This document shows, one piece after another, positions 50,019 to 62,955 of a DNA stretch of 64,000 nucleotides; the first letter of the stretch is position 1; every line of letters starts with the position of its first letter. The stretch comes from Marsupella aquatica (lineage: Eukaryota; Plantae; Marchantiophyta), in NCBI GenBank assembly GCA_973895155.1, contig OZ316895.1, forward strand, positions 10,156,184 to 10,220,183. Reading direction: 5' to 3'. A model generated the notes under the pieces. That model did no database searches. It was not told the DNA's origin and worked only from the letters and a program-made list of their open reading frames with translations. A program made the translations under genes and the position numbers.

Positions 50019-51524
50019 ATGGATCGTAGGAACAGAGAAGTAGTACTCTGCCTGGTGTTACTGCTATGTCTATGGTCCTCACTACTAGCTGGCCCAGCGT
50101 TGGCTCAAACCTCGTCCGCGGTGACCAACGGATTCACGGTCTCTCCATTCCAAATAGAAATCTGGGCGGCTAATGTGACAGGAGCTAGGGGATTGGTGAT
50201 CGATGATGTAGGGGATGTGCTCGTAGTGGCAACAGGCTTAGGGGGTATCTATGCTTTCTGGGAAGAGGCGGATGGCCAAGTCAACCGAACCCTCATCGTG
50301 AACAACTCCAACCTCAACCACGGAATCACCATCTACGGCAACCATTTGTACGCCTCGTCCAGCTCCACAGTCTGGCGATGGAGTTACCGTGCCGGGCAGC
50401 GAAGCACAGCAACGGGACAGCAGACAATTGTTGTGGATATAAGCCAAAACGAGGCTGGGGTGCAAACGACTCAGGGCCATCAAACGAGGAGTCTGGCCAT
50501 TGACACGAACCAATTCCTCTATGTGAGCGTGGGGTCTACGAGCAATGTTGACAACGATTCATTCCGAGCTCGCATTCGCTCGTTCAACCTCAGCAGTAGA
50601 ATTCCAAGCGGGGGCTTCAACTTCGTGAGCGATGGAGTTGTCTTTGCCGACGGGCTTCGGAACGAGGTAGGGTTGGGATTCGATGGCAAAGGGCAGCTCT
50701 GGGGTGTGGAGAATGGAGCAGACCAGCTGAATCGGAACGATTTGGGGGGAGACATACATAACAACAATCCAGCTGAAGAGCTCAATCTCTTCAACGGGAC
50801 AGGAGGGGCTTTCTATGGTTACCCTTTCTGCTGGTCGGAGTACAACCTTCCGAAATTTGGCACCGGGCCAGGATCACAGTGGGCATGGCCGTCTCTGCAG
50901 AATGGCACCATCACGGATGCCTGGTGCAAGAATACCAACATCGTTCGGCCTCCGGAGCTAGCCATGCAAGCGCACTCAGCTCCACTTGGAATCACTTTCT
51001 ATGACGGGACCAATTGTGGAAACCTGATTGGGAATTCCACCAAGATCCAGAATGTTTCCTACTCCTTCCCCTGTGAATTCTCCGGAGACGCCTTCGTGGC
51101 TTTCCATGGCTCCTGGGATCGAGATGTTCCCGTGGGCTTCAAGGTGGTGAGGATTGCGTTTGATAATGGCACCGGATTGCCCGTCTCGAGGAACGATTCA
51201 TCGATCTTTGACATCTTCGGGGCGGTAAACTCTCAGACGGCGTGCGTTGGTAACTCGGGGCGAGGTACTTGCCTGAGACCTGTCGATGTGAAGTTCGACA
51301 GGACGGGAGCGCTCTTGGCTACGTCTGATGCTACTGGACAGATCATTCGAGTCACCTCGCGCAACGCTGTCGGGATTGGCGCTTCTGCGCCTTCCCCGTC
51401 GTCTACTCCCTCTTCAGCTCCACTATTAATTAGGTCTCGAGTGGAAATTCTGCTCAGAGCGTTTGCTCCATTGATCTTGTGTCTGCTTTGGTGGCATCCG
51501 GCATACTTCCAACCAACGATGTGA
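50019..51524 (+). CDS. Secreted PQQ-dependent sugar dehydrogenase (glucose/L-sorbosone dehydrogenase, AA12-like beta-propeller), 501 aa, intronless, possible GPI/TM tail
   Basis: Signal peptide; motifs ARGLVID..GDVLVV, LNHGI, GHQTRSL, LYVSVGSTSNVD, GLRNEVGL, WGVENGAD, DIHNNNPAEELN, FYGYPFCW, AHSAPLGI, FHGSWDR and RPVDV. Ser/Pro linker followed by a hydrophobic C-terminus. Confidence 0.9.
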   Translation: MDRRNREVVLCLVLLLCLWSSLLAGPALAQTSSAVTNGFTVSPFQIEIWAANVTGARGLVIDDVGDVLVVATGLGGIYAFWEEADGQVNRTLIVNNSNLNHGITIYGNHLYASSSSTVWRWSYRAGQRSTATGQQTIVVDISQNEAGVQTTQGHQTRSLAIDTNQFLYVSVGSTSNVDNDSFRARIRSFNLSSRIPSGGFNFVSDGVVFADGLRNEVGLGFDGKGQLWGVENGADQLNRNDLGGDIHNNNPAEELNLFNGTGGAFYGYPFCWSEYNLPKFGTGPGSQWAWPSLQNGTITDAWCKNTNIVRPPELAMQAHSAPLGITFYDGTNCGNLIGNSTKIQNVSYSFPCEFSGDAFVAFHGSWDRDVPVGFKVVRIAFDNGTGLPVSRNDSSIFDIFGAVNSQTACVGNSGRGTCLRPVDVKFDRTGALLATSDATGQIIRVTSRNAVGIGASAPSPSSTPSSAPLLIRSRVEILLRAFAPLILCLLWWHPAYFQPTM

Positions 51525-53309
51525 CCACAATTGGAACTCGATTCACAACCGCTTGCCTTTGGTTGTAGACAATTTTGCATCCTCTTCGTGCTGCCCAGGG
51601 TGTTGTTGGTGAGTGCTTGGGAGAGAATTTTGGTTGTTTTGGTTGTTTCACAGGAGAGAGATTCTTTCCAGATACCTCATCTGGGAAGTTGTGACCCATC
51701 CACACGTTGCAGGTTCCCCGTATTTCTGAACTTTAATTTTTTTAGACTTGGGATCTAGGAAGGATTAGCCTCGATTGTTTCAGGCTTCTGCAGGGCACCC
51801 TGCATTTTCAGTAGGGCACATACACAAACATTGTACTTGGCCCGAAAATACAATCCAGAGTGGTCGGCGAGCTGACAGGCTGGAAAATGAAAATTTCAGT
51901 GAACGTAAGACTCGTTCAACTAAATGTCCTGTAAATTTGATGGTCAGCTAAACGCTACGCACACTGATGGCAAATCCTTTTGGTTGCAAAAGTGTAATTT
52001 AGACTATTCTGGCAAAAAGGGTGGACGCAGGAAGTGAAGAATCTGGCATCGGAGCTCATTCTAATCGGCCAATGCAGTTTCTAATCAATATTTACAATGA
52101 GCATAACACAGGCCAGCTACGCAATTAACATTAACCTTCATCCGCTCGTGCTTCAAGGTCAAAAACAAATTTGGAATCCATCGTTGTAACCTATCTCATC
52201 TGGGTGTCAGCAGACACTTTGCTTATTGCCACGGTCTAGGGTGGGACATTCTACCAGGTATAGAAATACGAACCTCGTTATCCGTCTTTGGATGTTGCCA
52301 GCGAGAGAGGACCCATCGATGTAGCTACCTGAATTAATTGTCACATTAAGAAATGCTCGGTTCCCATATCGCTTGACCTGCAGAGTACCAGCAACGGGCA
52401 CTGAAACAATAAGGGATTCGATGCAATCGAAGCTGCGCATAGACTATTCTGTTAACCTTTCCAGCTAATAACCAGGCGAGTAGATACATACAATTCATTG
52501 CCACATCAATGATTGAATACTCATTCAACACCCCATCGGAACTAGAGGTAATGCGGTTGACGAATACAGCGCAGCCCCGGTCATCATCGCATTAAGCATT
52601 TGGTTTCTATATCGCAGCAAATTGTAGAGAGTAAAGCTTTACCGCACAATAGTCGCAACATCGAGCTCCTCTCAAGAGCTTCTCCGTTCTACTGGGAATT
52701 TGAATTCGACCAATTTCTAGAGCAGAATCCTAGGCGACGGTACTTGTAGGAGACGCCAAGGATGCTGGTTTTCTTTTGGAAATCAAGTACCTTCTACCTT
52801 GCGACACTTTCATCATCCAGTCAAGGAGAACCTTTCTCTGGCAAGGGCACATAAAATGGATAAAAAAGGAAAAGGTCTGTCTTATCATCGAACGAAATGT
52901 ACAACCAGAAAAGTGAAGCCCAGAATGATTCACTGAGAGAGCCAATTCTTTGTAGATCTTTTGAGGAAACACGAATCTACACAAGAAAACTAGCGTCCGC
53001 TCTTCAACTACCGAGGAGATCCATTTGAGAGTCTAGGTGCCGTCATATGGATAGGAGGTTCTAGATCACAAGAATCTCTGAAATTATGGCAAGTTCACTT
53101 GCTGCTCTACTTCATTTCAACCTTCGATGTTGGCCATAATTCCCTTCAATGGCATTTTTTCTTTCCAAACTATGCTTCTCGTTGGCTAATTAGACATTGA
53201 TCCATGACACACTAACTTGCGGCTCCCAGATCACGTTAGCTCCGACATCGCTTCGTCGCTCTGTACCTTACTTCCCTACAACCCAGTTGGGGACATATCT
53301 GGGACTATC

Positions 53310-53372
53310 GTGGAGAGCGTCCAGACTAGACATATCCAGACTAGACATATGTCTAGTCTGGACGCTCTCCAC
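53310..53372. repeat. Perfect fold-back palindrome (24-bp arms) with an internal 15-bp duplication
   Basis: GTGGAGAGCGTCCAGACTAGACAT-ATCCAGACTAGACAT-ATGTCTAGTCTGGACGCTCTCCAC. Confidence 0.92.
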
Positions 53373-56300
53373 AAGAGTGACCGTGCTGGTTTCAACAGCT
53401 TTACAATTCCCGATACACTGAAGAGCGAAGGTATATCAACTCGGTGGATGTTGGCGGCAATTCTGGAAGGAACGAGTGAACGACCAGTGTAAATCAAATT
53501 GGATTTTTGATGGTTCTTACCGATCACTTTCGTAGCCTTGAAATCAAAATTTGGCTAATTTCAAATCTTTTCAGTCTAAGAGAGATGCAAGCTGTACGGG
53601 ATGCAGGATACTCACGAACCAGATTGTATTTAACGTAGATCTTCAAATAAGGTTCTCCAATTCATTCGAAGGACAGAGGATTGGAAATGGAGAATTCGAC
53701 CCTATAGTGAAGGTTTGAGGAATATTTGAATGGGTGTGTCGGAAAGGACGACCAGAGACGAATGCTTCTTTTTTCGGATCGATCTGCTGTTCCTTCTCCA
53801 CGCTTCGGGAGTTCGGTAACCACTACCACGGGACACTACAAGATTCTGTCACGGAGAGGGCTACGGTGGCTATTGATGCATTCGGAGAAAACCAATTCAC
53901 TTTCCTTCACACTAATGGAGTCCGATACTAGGCTGATTTCCTCGTAGCTTCGAATAGACAAAACTTTAGGTAGGAATTATAGAAAAGGGAATTGTGTGCG
54001 AATGTAGAAAAAATCACTACCGCTGCACAAAGCTGCACTGCTCAGAATATCAACAGCACTCGTCTAAGCTTGGACAAGTCCAAGACAAAGAAGAAAGCTG
54101 ACGAGAGGCAACATCGATGTACGTGGCCAGACTAACAGTCATTAATGGAGGGGAGCTTTGCATGATACCAACTTCCATGCAGCATCAGTCTGATAAAAGC
54201 CGATCCCTGTCAATTTCTTGCTTAAGATATCGAGGTAGTAACTCTCTTTAGCATTGCAATGAAAGAGATTGGGACAGTGATAATTAGAGTGGGCAACAGT
54301 ACTTGCTCTGATTCGGTCAAAAAGTTCGTGCTCTGTTTAAATGCCGACAGAGAGAGACCACTTTCCATCCAATCTACTTTGTAAAAGCCCTTAAATTGTG
54401 ATCAATTAGTGAGCACCCGTACTTTCCCTTATGAAAATCATCAATTTCACATACATCTCATTCATCCTTGTCGCTTAGATATTGTACAATTTATATTTTA
54501 GTAAGGACTGGACGATGCCCCGGAAAAGAATGAAGGACAGGGGATTTATTGTCCTTCCACTTCTAATCCTGAATGGCATTCAGTTGGCTTCAAGAAAGAA
54601 ATTGCTAATCTCGGTACCACATGACATTCATTGCTCTTAGCAGCGTCGTCTGTGCATCTGATTTCGTGACGCCCTGACAAAATCCTTGCGTTGCTACAGT
54701 GGATTTAATAGCTATGGTGCTGCCTCAATTGTTCAATCCTAGCCTAGAGGGTTAGAAGCGATTGCGATGCAGAGCTACCACTGCATAAGTAAACGTAGAG
54801 CAGTTCAAGGAAACTCCTCCATTCGTTCAAACACCATGATCAACAGGTTTTCTAGGAGGAATTATAGCCTAAATGCGGTCGACCAACACGTCTTCAATCA
54901 CGGAAGAGACTCGTCAGACGACCAGATTGCCTTTGTACTGACCACTTGTAACAGCACACTTACTTCTGAAATAGCGCAACTACTGTACACTGGTACCACT
55001 GCCAGTTACCACCGCGTGCATTGTTCATTCTATAGCTAGGGTCATTCTATAGCTAGGACCGAAACCTAATTCGGTCAGGGCCCCACCTGACATTCTCCTG
55101 GCTTTCCACAAGATTTGTCACTCTACCAGTAACTGAGATCATACAAGTCTGTGTTGTGGTGGGTAGGCCCCATGACCACACAAGTTTGGCCAGCAACAAG
55201 GTCACCGTGCTGTGGCGACCACTGCAGTTCCTCACATCCTCATCTCAAGTTACCAGGAATCCACTTCAAGAACACACCAGGTTGCTTTTCGGGGAAGATA
55301 GTAGCGAGCCGCAATACAGTGGCATTCATATTGGCAATATATTGCCTTACTATAGTAGCTCCTCTGGATTTGCACGGACGGGTAGGTATGTAGTTGGCTT
55401 TTGGGCAAGACCACCAGGAACTTCTTACCTGTTATGGATTGTAGTCCATTCAGTAACATCGGGAACTCGATCTTGAAGGTAAATCAGCAGGATCGAGTCG
55501 GATTGCATGAAGTAATTAGGCTATCACTAGTAAAGTCGAAATGTTGATGTGCTTCGACAGTAGATCGTTGCAGAATCTTTCTAAACTAGGAAGATATTAT
55601 AATCTCCATCTTATGCACAGGATTTACACAGCCAGCAGGCCGAAGTTCAAAATAGGGCTCAAATGGGCAGTGGCAATGAACTTTTGTGCTCCTGTGCTAG
55701 ATCCAGATTGAATCAAGTAAAACACAAAAAGATACTTGGAAGCAGAGGACACGGACAGCAAGGGAGTGGAGGTCTTGCCATTGTAGGCTCCAGGGTTCAC
55801 TGTTCGAAGGGATGGTTGAGGTTGATTATTTGCACTCATCCTTACCTCCTTCTTTAGCTATACGTATCATATCTTGATTGCGCTACAGAGAACTCAAGCA
55901 TTCCCCGAAGCATTCTCATTGAAAGGAGGGTTGAAGCTTCATTGGACCATAGTGATGTCCCTTAGTACCATTCCATGTGTTGTGGGGCTAAGTGTTGGAT
56001 GTTCCTCTTCGATCAATTGATGAATTGATGAATTGAAGTCCACGTTAGCAATTTCTCCAAATTTGCAAAGGCCGCCGATGGAATTGAGCGGTGTCGGTGC
56101 CGGAATAGTCATCCGCTGGAATAATTACGTGGCTTAAGTCTCTTGACTTTGAATGCCGAATATAACGTACATGATTGAAGAACTCCAATTCATGGGCCAG
56201 AGCTGGAAGCCCCATGCCGGTACCGGCGTCCATGTTCACGTCCAGCTGGACTCCCTAACCCTAATAGAGAACCGCAATGAAATGCAATCGGACTGAAACT

Positions 56301-58781
56301 TTCGTGTAATACGTCGAATATGTGCGGGGTTAGGCAACTGAAAATTAGACTCTGATCACTGGTGATCATGGCACGTGTTTCTGAATACGAAGTGAATCTT
56401 ACACTAGTGGCCGATGTGTTTGGCAGGATCCTTTTGTGGTGCGGTACATCGATTTTCCGACAGTTGTGGAGTATCCATACATTTCTAAACGCATGGATCA
56501 CGTCGTGGGAGATTCAATTCGGTCCAGCCCTCCTTTACAAAGCCTAATATCGAACTGTATGGTTCTGCACTTCAGTATTTAAACCTGTAAAATGGTGACA
56601 ATGCATTGGAAGACGGGATTCAACGTGTTTGAACTATTTTCAAGCGATGGATTGACCAAAAAGTTCGTACAAGGTGCGGGTACAAGGTGATGTACGCAAT
56701 GCATCAGTGTCAAATCCAGGTGAGGTCAAATAGTGCCTGAAGCCGTGAGATTGGGTGTGAATTTGAACTCCTGCCGTCACCAGATCAATCCCACGACCTC
56801 AGCCACGGATGTTCTCAAGTATGAACAACTACCAGCTTCTCGATTACAACTACAGTGACTGCTAGCTTGCTAATGCTCTTCAGAATACTCTCGAGTATGA
56901 TACACCACGCTTTCAACCGACACAGTCAACACTCTTCAATGCGTTACAGCTTTGACAAACGCAAATTACTCTACACGGTTTTCCGTACTACTGATATCAT
57001 TCTGGTTGTACATAGTAATTACTCATGCCAATCGAAGAATACTTCAGTTTCCCACCCTTCTTCCGGAAGACCCGCCTCATTTTCGAAAAATTGTTGAATT
57101 GTTTATCCTGACTAGATTACCCTCAGGATAAACCCCTTGGGCGCTGTCATTCCGAATGTTATTCAAAAGATTTTAAAGAGAAAGATTACTGTCAGGAAAG
57201 TTTATTGATAACCAAACTACCCGGCCAAGTACAGGGCAATGTACGCTGTGACTAATTTGATCATGACCATCGCTAGCTGCCTGTGATGTTGGTGGGTGGA
57301 CCGGTCAAGATGCTCCTTTGCAAGGTGTTTGCGAGGCCCATAATCTCTTGCAACCGGTTTACCCCTTTTTGCCGTTGAATTTATCTGCAGTCGTATTAGA
57401 GCTACGGTAGTCTGCCCTAGCCTGCAAATGGACCATGGCTGGAATAGGAGAAACAAAGTCTCACAAGTCTACCAATGTCGAGAAATGGTTGCTAGGTTGT
57501 TGGATCCTATTAAACCTGTTGTAATGCGTTATTTAACGCTGTCAGCTACAAATTGTTCGAAGAGCCAATTAAACATATGTGGATAAAATATCTGCAATCG
57601 CAATTACAGGAAACCGTGGCATCGGCTCTGCACACTTATCTGAGTGGCTGGGAAATTATGTGAAAGGTGAGACAACCAGACATGACTCGCTCATTCTCAG
57701 ACTCTGGTGCTCAGATGGATGATGGCTTGTGTAACTGTGACGTTTGGCATACATTCCTGGAGAAATCTGACACGTCTTCATGTGCGACTGTATCGTGCTA
57801 AACCCCAAATTGCAATCACATTCTGAATAAACTGCTGATAAAGGGTAACTCCAAGTGAGATGCGATAACCAATTCTACCAGGTCAATACTCAAACTCAAT
57901 AATCATCGTCGACTCTAAGGCCGCTCGTGAATTATGGAATCGGAATAGAGTATGGTCCAGAAAACAGTACTAGAGCAGAATGATATTTGGGCAGCATGTT
58001 GGGACCTGACAGGCATTAACCACCCGTGAGACAGAGAGATGCTCATCTTAAAACTTGACTAGTGACCAAAGTACTGCCAGACAATGATTAAAGTACTGGA
58101 CCATACTCACGCACGAGCATTGCTGTCTCGTCCTCGACCTGATGTACAGACATACGGTGGTACATTCGACACACTCGGGGACTCACTGTCTCGTCTTCGC
58201 TGTCACTGAGTAGAAGGATCAAGACGTCGTCAGTGGGAGTTCGATCAGTGGGATTGTGGGAAGCAGATGAAATTGGAATTCCTTCATGCTTTCCGCTAAC
58301 CACCATTAATTGGCTCAAGATCAGGACTCGGGAGTCACGAACTCCTCCGATCGCATTACCGAGTGCCAACGGAACCCATCCTTTCATCTACCGACTGCGG
58401 CCCCAGTCCCACGTAACTGGATTCGATCATACGAGTGGAAGACGTGCAAATGTCACGTAATGAGGAAACAATCAATCAAAGCTCCTGCTGTCATTTTCTG
58501 GAAAAAAAAATATTATAGCTGATCCCTCTAACTGACGTACCGCGTTGACAACACATGGTTTAAAGAGACATCAATTTCTAATTTCTTCTCGTCTGTGGTT
58601 TGAATTTGAACTATTGAACTACCAAAAACTCAGATACATCATGAATCATCGCCAGAGGAAACAGAGCCTAGCGCCAGAGATACTTACCCGAGTGTCATTA
58701 GGGTGTGTCTCAATCCTCTTCAATTTGCCTCGGGTTGCGGTCAAGGGCATTTTCCCGGAAAAAAGTGCTGGACACGACAAG

Positions 58782-59050
58782 GCTTGTCCAAACACTCCTG
58801 ACCCGCTGACTGAAACTGCGGGAGGGATTTGTTTGGTGGGACCCCAAATGAAAATGTTTTACTTGATAGGACCCCTGAATGATCCACACCGTTGATTTAT
58901 CTTGAATAGACGGACCTAAACTTTCAAGGGTCCTATTAAGTAAAACATTTACATTTGGGGTCCCACCAAGCAAATCTCTCATCTTTGGGACATATTTTTT
59001 TTCATCGACAAAAATGCTTGTCCGCACTCCTGACCGCTGACTGAAACTGC
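58782..59050. repeat. ~55-bp inverted repeat (58824-58879 / 58923-58978) nested between ~36-bp direct repeats
   Basis: gatttgtttggtgggaccccaaatgaaaatgttttacttgataggacccctgaa pairs with ttcaagggtcctattaagtaaaacatttacatttggggtcccaccaagcaaatc. Direct repeats gcttgtcc..cactcctgacc(c)gctgactgaaactgc at 58782 and 59016. Confidence 0.85.
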
Positions 59051-59421
59051 TACTTTTGGGACAGATATTTTTCATGGATCTGAAGGTTTGAGACTCCCTA
59101 TTGGGCTTATCCTTGATTTTCATTACTAGCCCCAATACCCTGGCATATGCAATTTGAAATTGGTACTAGCCCCAATACCTGGGCATATGCACTGTAAGTT
59201 AGGGTTCCTTACACCCTAACCTCCATGCCTGTCCCGCTCATTAACACTAGATTCAGTGAGACGGGTCCCTGAAATGTCATTTATGACATATGGACTGTCC
59301 GCCGCCTGTTTGTATTCACCTAGTGCCAACAATCTATTGTTTTTAAACATCACTTTTTTGTAGTGACAAATGTTTCATCTGAACCCCACTTTTGGGTGAG
59401 GTTTGTGTAAAAGACACTGCA

Positions 59422-59490
59422 CCTAGTGGGGGATTCAAACCATGCAACTCTGCCATCCCACACAGGTGATCTACCACTCAACCCATAGCC
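59422..59490 (-). other. tRNA-derived SINE-like head (degenerate)
   Basis: The minus strand reads ggctatgggttgagtggtaga...ggtttgaatcccccactagg, with A- and B-box-like motifs at tRNA spacing. Confidence 0.4.
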
Positions 59491-62226
59491 TGTTGGACGA
59501 AAAGAACTGCTTCATTCCTAGTACTTATCGTCATAACAGTCCGCACAAGGGCAGTGGGCAAGGAGAGCCATGGGTGACTTTCCAAGGGCCTATCCCCTCA
59601 AATAATACTTGGACCAGAGAGGCTTGTCTTTGATTTTCATTACTAGCCCAGTCTGCGCAAAGGGTTTCCAATACCCTGACTCCCCATGCCCATCTCCACT
59701 CACAAACATTAGTACCAGAAAAACTACAGCCTATGGTACCACTTTAGTGAGTAGGTTGATGAATGTAGACCTTGATTGTGAATTGTAATATATGGACACT
59801 TTTGGAATAATATGGAAAATCAGCTATGCATGGGTCACACTACAATGATGCTTTGGGTCCCAATTGACATGACACCTGTTTGCGAGAGGGTTGGACAGGG
59901 ACAATCTTGTTTGGGGCAGTTGGGTAGCATCTTTCATTTGGTTTTGGTGGTGGTGGGGGACCGGGACTACCCACTACCTAGCCAATTCAGGACAACCTAA
60001 GGTGGCTTACAAGAAGTATGGGGCACTTGTGACTTTTTATCGGCCAATGGAAACTGGAGGGTCCCTTTTAATTCTACAGATAGACTCCACACTTTAAAAA
60101 AATTGAAATGAAGTTCAATAAATGAGAATCCCTTCAATTAAGGAGCCAAAGGTTGGAAATGTTTGGACCACCTATGGAAGCCTCACACATTCTAGACAAA
60201 ATAAGCACTCCACATCAGTATTTATGTGGGCCCACAAACATACCCTGGAGTTCCTGTGAAGGAAACTGCAGCCATGTCCATTCATTGTACACTCTAGATT
60301 TAATTTCAGAGTGAATTATCGCTAAGCAGCACCAAGGAGGACATTTTCTCAACTTGGCGTGTGAGACACTCGCCAAGCTGTGGACACTGGCGGGGACACA
60401 GTTGTGGACTCTGCTGTGCACACTGGCGCAGCACCGGCGGAGTACATTTGCTAATCTAGGCTTCTCAAACAATCGGTTCCTCCGTAAAACAAGTAAGGGC
60501 AGCTGGACAGGTGTAAGGCTGACCGGGCCAAAAAGTGACCTGCCCCAAACTGTCGAGAATGTAGGGGAGATGGAGTTTTGCCTAAATTAGGAAACCTGGT
60601 GGATCCAGGTTTGTCGGATGGACAGTGGCGGTTTAAGGTTAATATAAGGCTCTGTGGTATGTCTTTGGATGCCCCCATTGCCTATACTAAGCTTCGTCTT
60701 AATCTTGGCTATCGTATATGCTTAGGCCCTTGACTCTCAAAACTGGGGAGGGGCTAATCTACAACCCCGTCTACAACAAGTGTAGATAATTCTCTTATTT
60801 GCAAATGATAATTCTGACTTGCGAGTAACTTTCCTGGTTGTTCTTGTTGGTCCCTCTTGGTGGGCCCCATCGGTGAACGTTGGAGTCACCTTTTCCCATA
60901 CACATGCATGGCATTGCTACTATTGACAACCGGGTGTACCCTATCACTACTGATTTCCTAAGGGAATCAACGAATAAGGGAGGGCTTTAGGCCAACCGAG
61001 GGAAAGAACTGAGAGGTCACTTGTATTTTAAAGTTATTTCTCCATCCCTATTACAAAAGTCAGCCTGAGAGTTTTGGCAAATCAGCTTTTAGCACATTGC
61101 CACCACAAATTGTAATAGTACAATTAGTTTTATTGTATTTTTAAATATGCCAGGGGTTACCTTGGTGAACTTGTTGTTTATATACGAAATAGTGGTATAT
61201 TTTTAAATACAAAATAACTTTAAATACAAAAAACCTTGTGACAATCCTGTCAATCGGAATATCTTTAGTGGCAAAGTACATAAATATTGTTTGTTAAATA
61301 TGGAGGTCCATCCAGGTTTCAACTTCCAAGTTTTAACTTGGGAATTAAGCTATGTGCTCAAATGCTCACTTGTATAACTTAATTGTATTTTTATGCAAAC
61401 TCAAACAGATCAATTTGTGTGGATTTGTGAAGTTGGGGTGAATTTGGGAAACTATTGGATGGATTTAAATATATTTTCCCTTCTCTTACTCAATTTAGGG
61501 TGGCTTTACAAGAATCAGCAGACTAAAAATGACTGGTGACTTCCATGATTTTGATTCTAGATTTCCTGACAACCATTCATATTAGGTGACTGATCCATTT
61601 TGGCTGTACATGAAATTGGGAGGTCACTCTTACAAGAAATCTCTGAATTCTACATGGAGTGGAGGAGGGGGTCCCAAAACTGCTTATGTGGAAGTTGTAG
61701 ATTTGGACACACTTTGGACCTCAAGAGCAGGGGTGCTTTCATGTGGTACTTTGAAAATACCTCTACATCTCTTCTTGTTCTGTCAATGTAGTATTAAATA
61801 CAGTATTAAATGCATTTCCTGATCCCCTGTTTGGGGGAGACATTGTCCAAATGGACCTGTGAATAAGGTGCGCATGTAAGTCCCGTACCTTTTACATCTT
61901 CACTCATTGACACCTTTTTCATTTTCAATAACAAATTTGGACTTCATTATTTCCTTGGATATCCAATCAAATCTTCATTGTTTGCGTTTGTTAGAACCTG
62001 CTTGGAAAGATCTTTCTTATGAGCCTAGTATACTCAAATTTTATTTTGAACTAAAAACCCTACAAACTTTCAAAGACTACTATCTCATTTTCTTGTCTCA
62101 TTTCTTTCATAATCAAATATGTACTGTACTATATGAGCATAAAGGATGGCCTCTTTCTCTGCATTTCATCCTGGTTGTAAAAATCAATCTGACCATTTTG
62201 GCAGAAGTGGAGATCCATCTAGATTT

Positions 62227-62290
62227 AACCCAAACTTGATTGTCACTACGATACTGTACCCAAACTTGATTGTCGCTACGGTACTGTACA
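62227..62290. repeat. 30-bp tandem duplication in the GDSL promoter region
   Basis: acccaaacttgattgtc(a/g)ctacg(a/g)tactgta occurs twice. Confidence 0.8.
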
Positions 62291-62702
62291 GTAAACGCCG
62301 TCCTCCGTCGCGCCGTCACCGTCGTCGACCTATTGTTGTGAAACTTTACGGATGGCGTCAGTGTATCGTATAAAGACTTTGTGAGGCGATGCGGGACCCC
62401 CGAGACGCAAAGTGGTCGCAAGGGCCCCCGCATGCTGATGAATGTCCCCATTCGCCAGCTCAAAGTGAACTCGGACATCTCCCAATCACTCCGGCTTTCC
62501 ACAAGGACGGAGGAGGGCGTCGTTCTCTCGCTTGGGTCGGGCCCCGATTGAGTGTTCCCCATTTGGGTCGCCGGATTTCGACAGGTTCACATCATTCTGT
62601 AAGCGTAAAAGTTGCTGCTGCAGTGGTGGTGGTGGTGGACGAGACAAGAGACGAGAGACGGACGAGAGACGAGACTTGAGAGTCGAGAGTAGAGAGTAGA
62701 GA

Positions 62703-62955
62703 ATGATGTCGATGAGGTCGTGGAAAGTGTGGGTCGTTGTGAGTAGCCTGCTGGGAATCCTAGTGCTGGCCCCGATGGCACAAGCGTCGTGCTTTCCAGC
62801 TGTGTTCAATTTCGGGGATTCGACCTCGGACACGGGTGGCATTCATGCGTCGTTTCCTGGCTCGACTCCGGCAGAGAGTCTGCCATATGGGGAGACTTAT
62901 TTTGGCAAGGCTAACGTGCGCTACAGCGATGGACGCCTCTTGATCGACTTCATTG
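62703..62955 (+). CDS. GDSL esterase/lipase, exon 1 only (gene continues beyond the window)
   Basis: Signal peptide + CFPAVFNFGDSTSDTGGIHASFP...LPYGETYFG...RYSDGRLLIDFI. Donor G|GTGAGA at 62956, the same intron position as the paralog at 35319. GAGAC/GAGTA repeats in the 5' UTR. Confidence 0.92.

Noticed and set aside
52207-56500. Short minus-strand ORFs with protein-like composition (52207-52440, 55053-55459, 55624-55839)
   Set aside because: No recognisable motif or consistent splice chain. They could be a decayed gene, but this is unsupported without a homology search.
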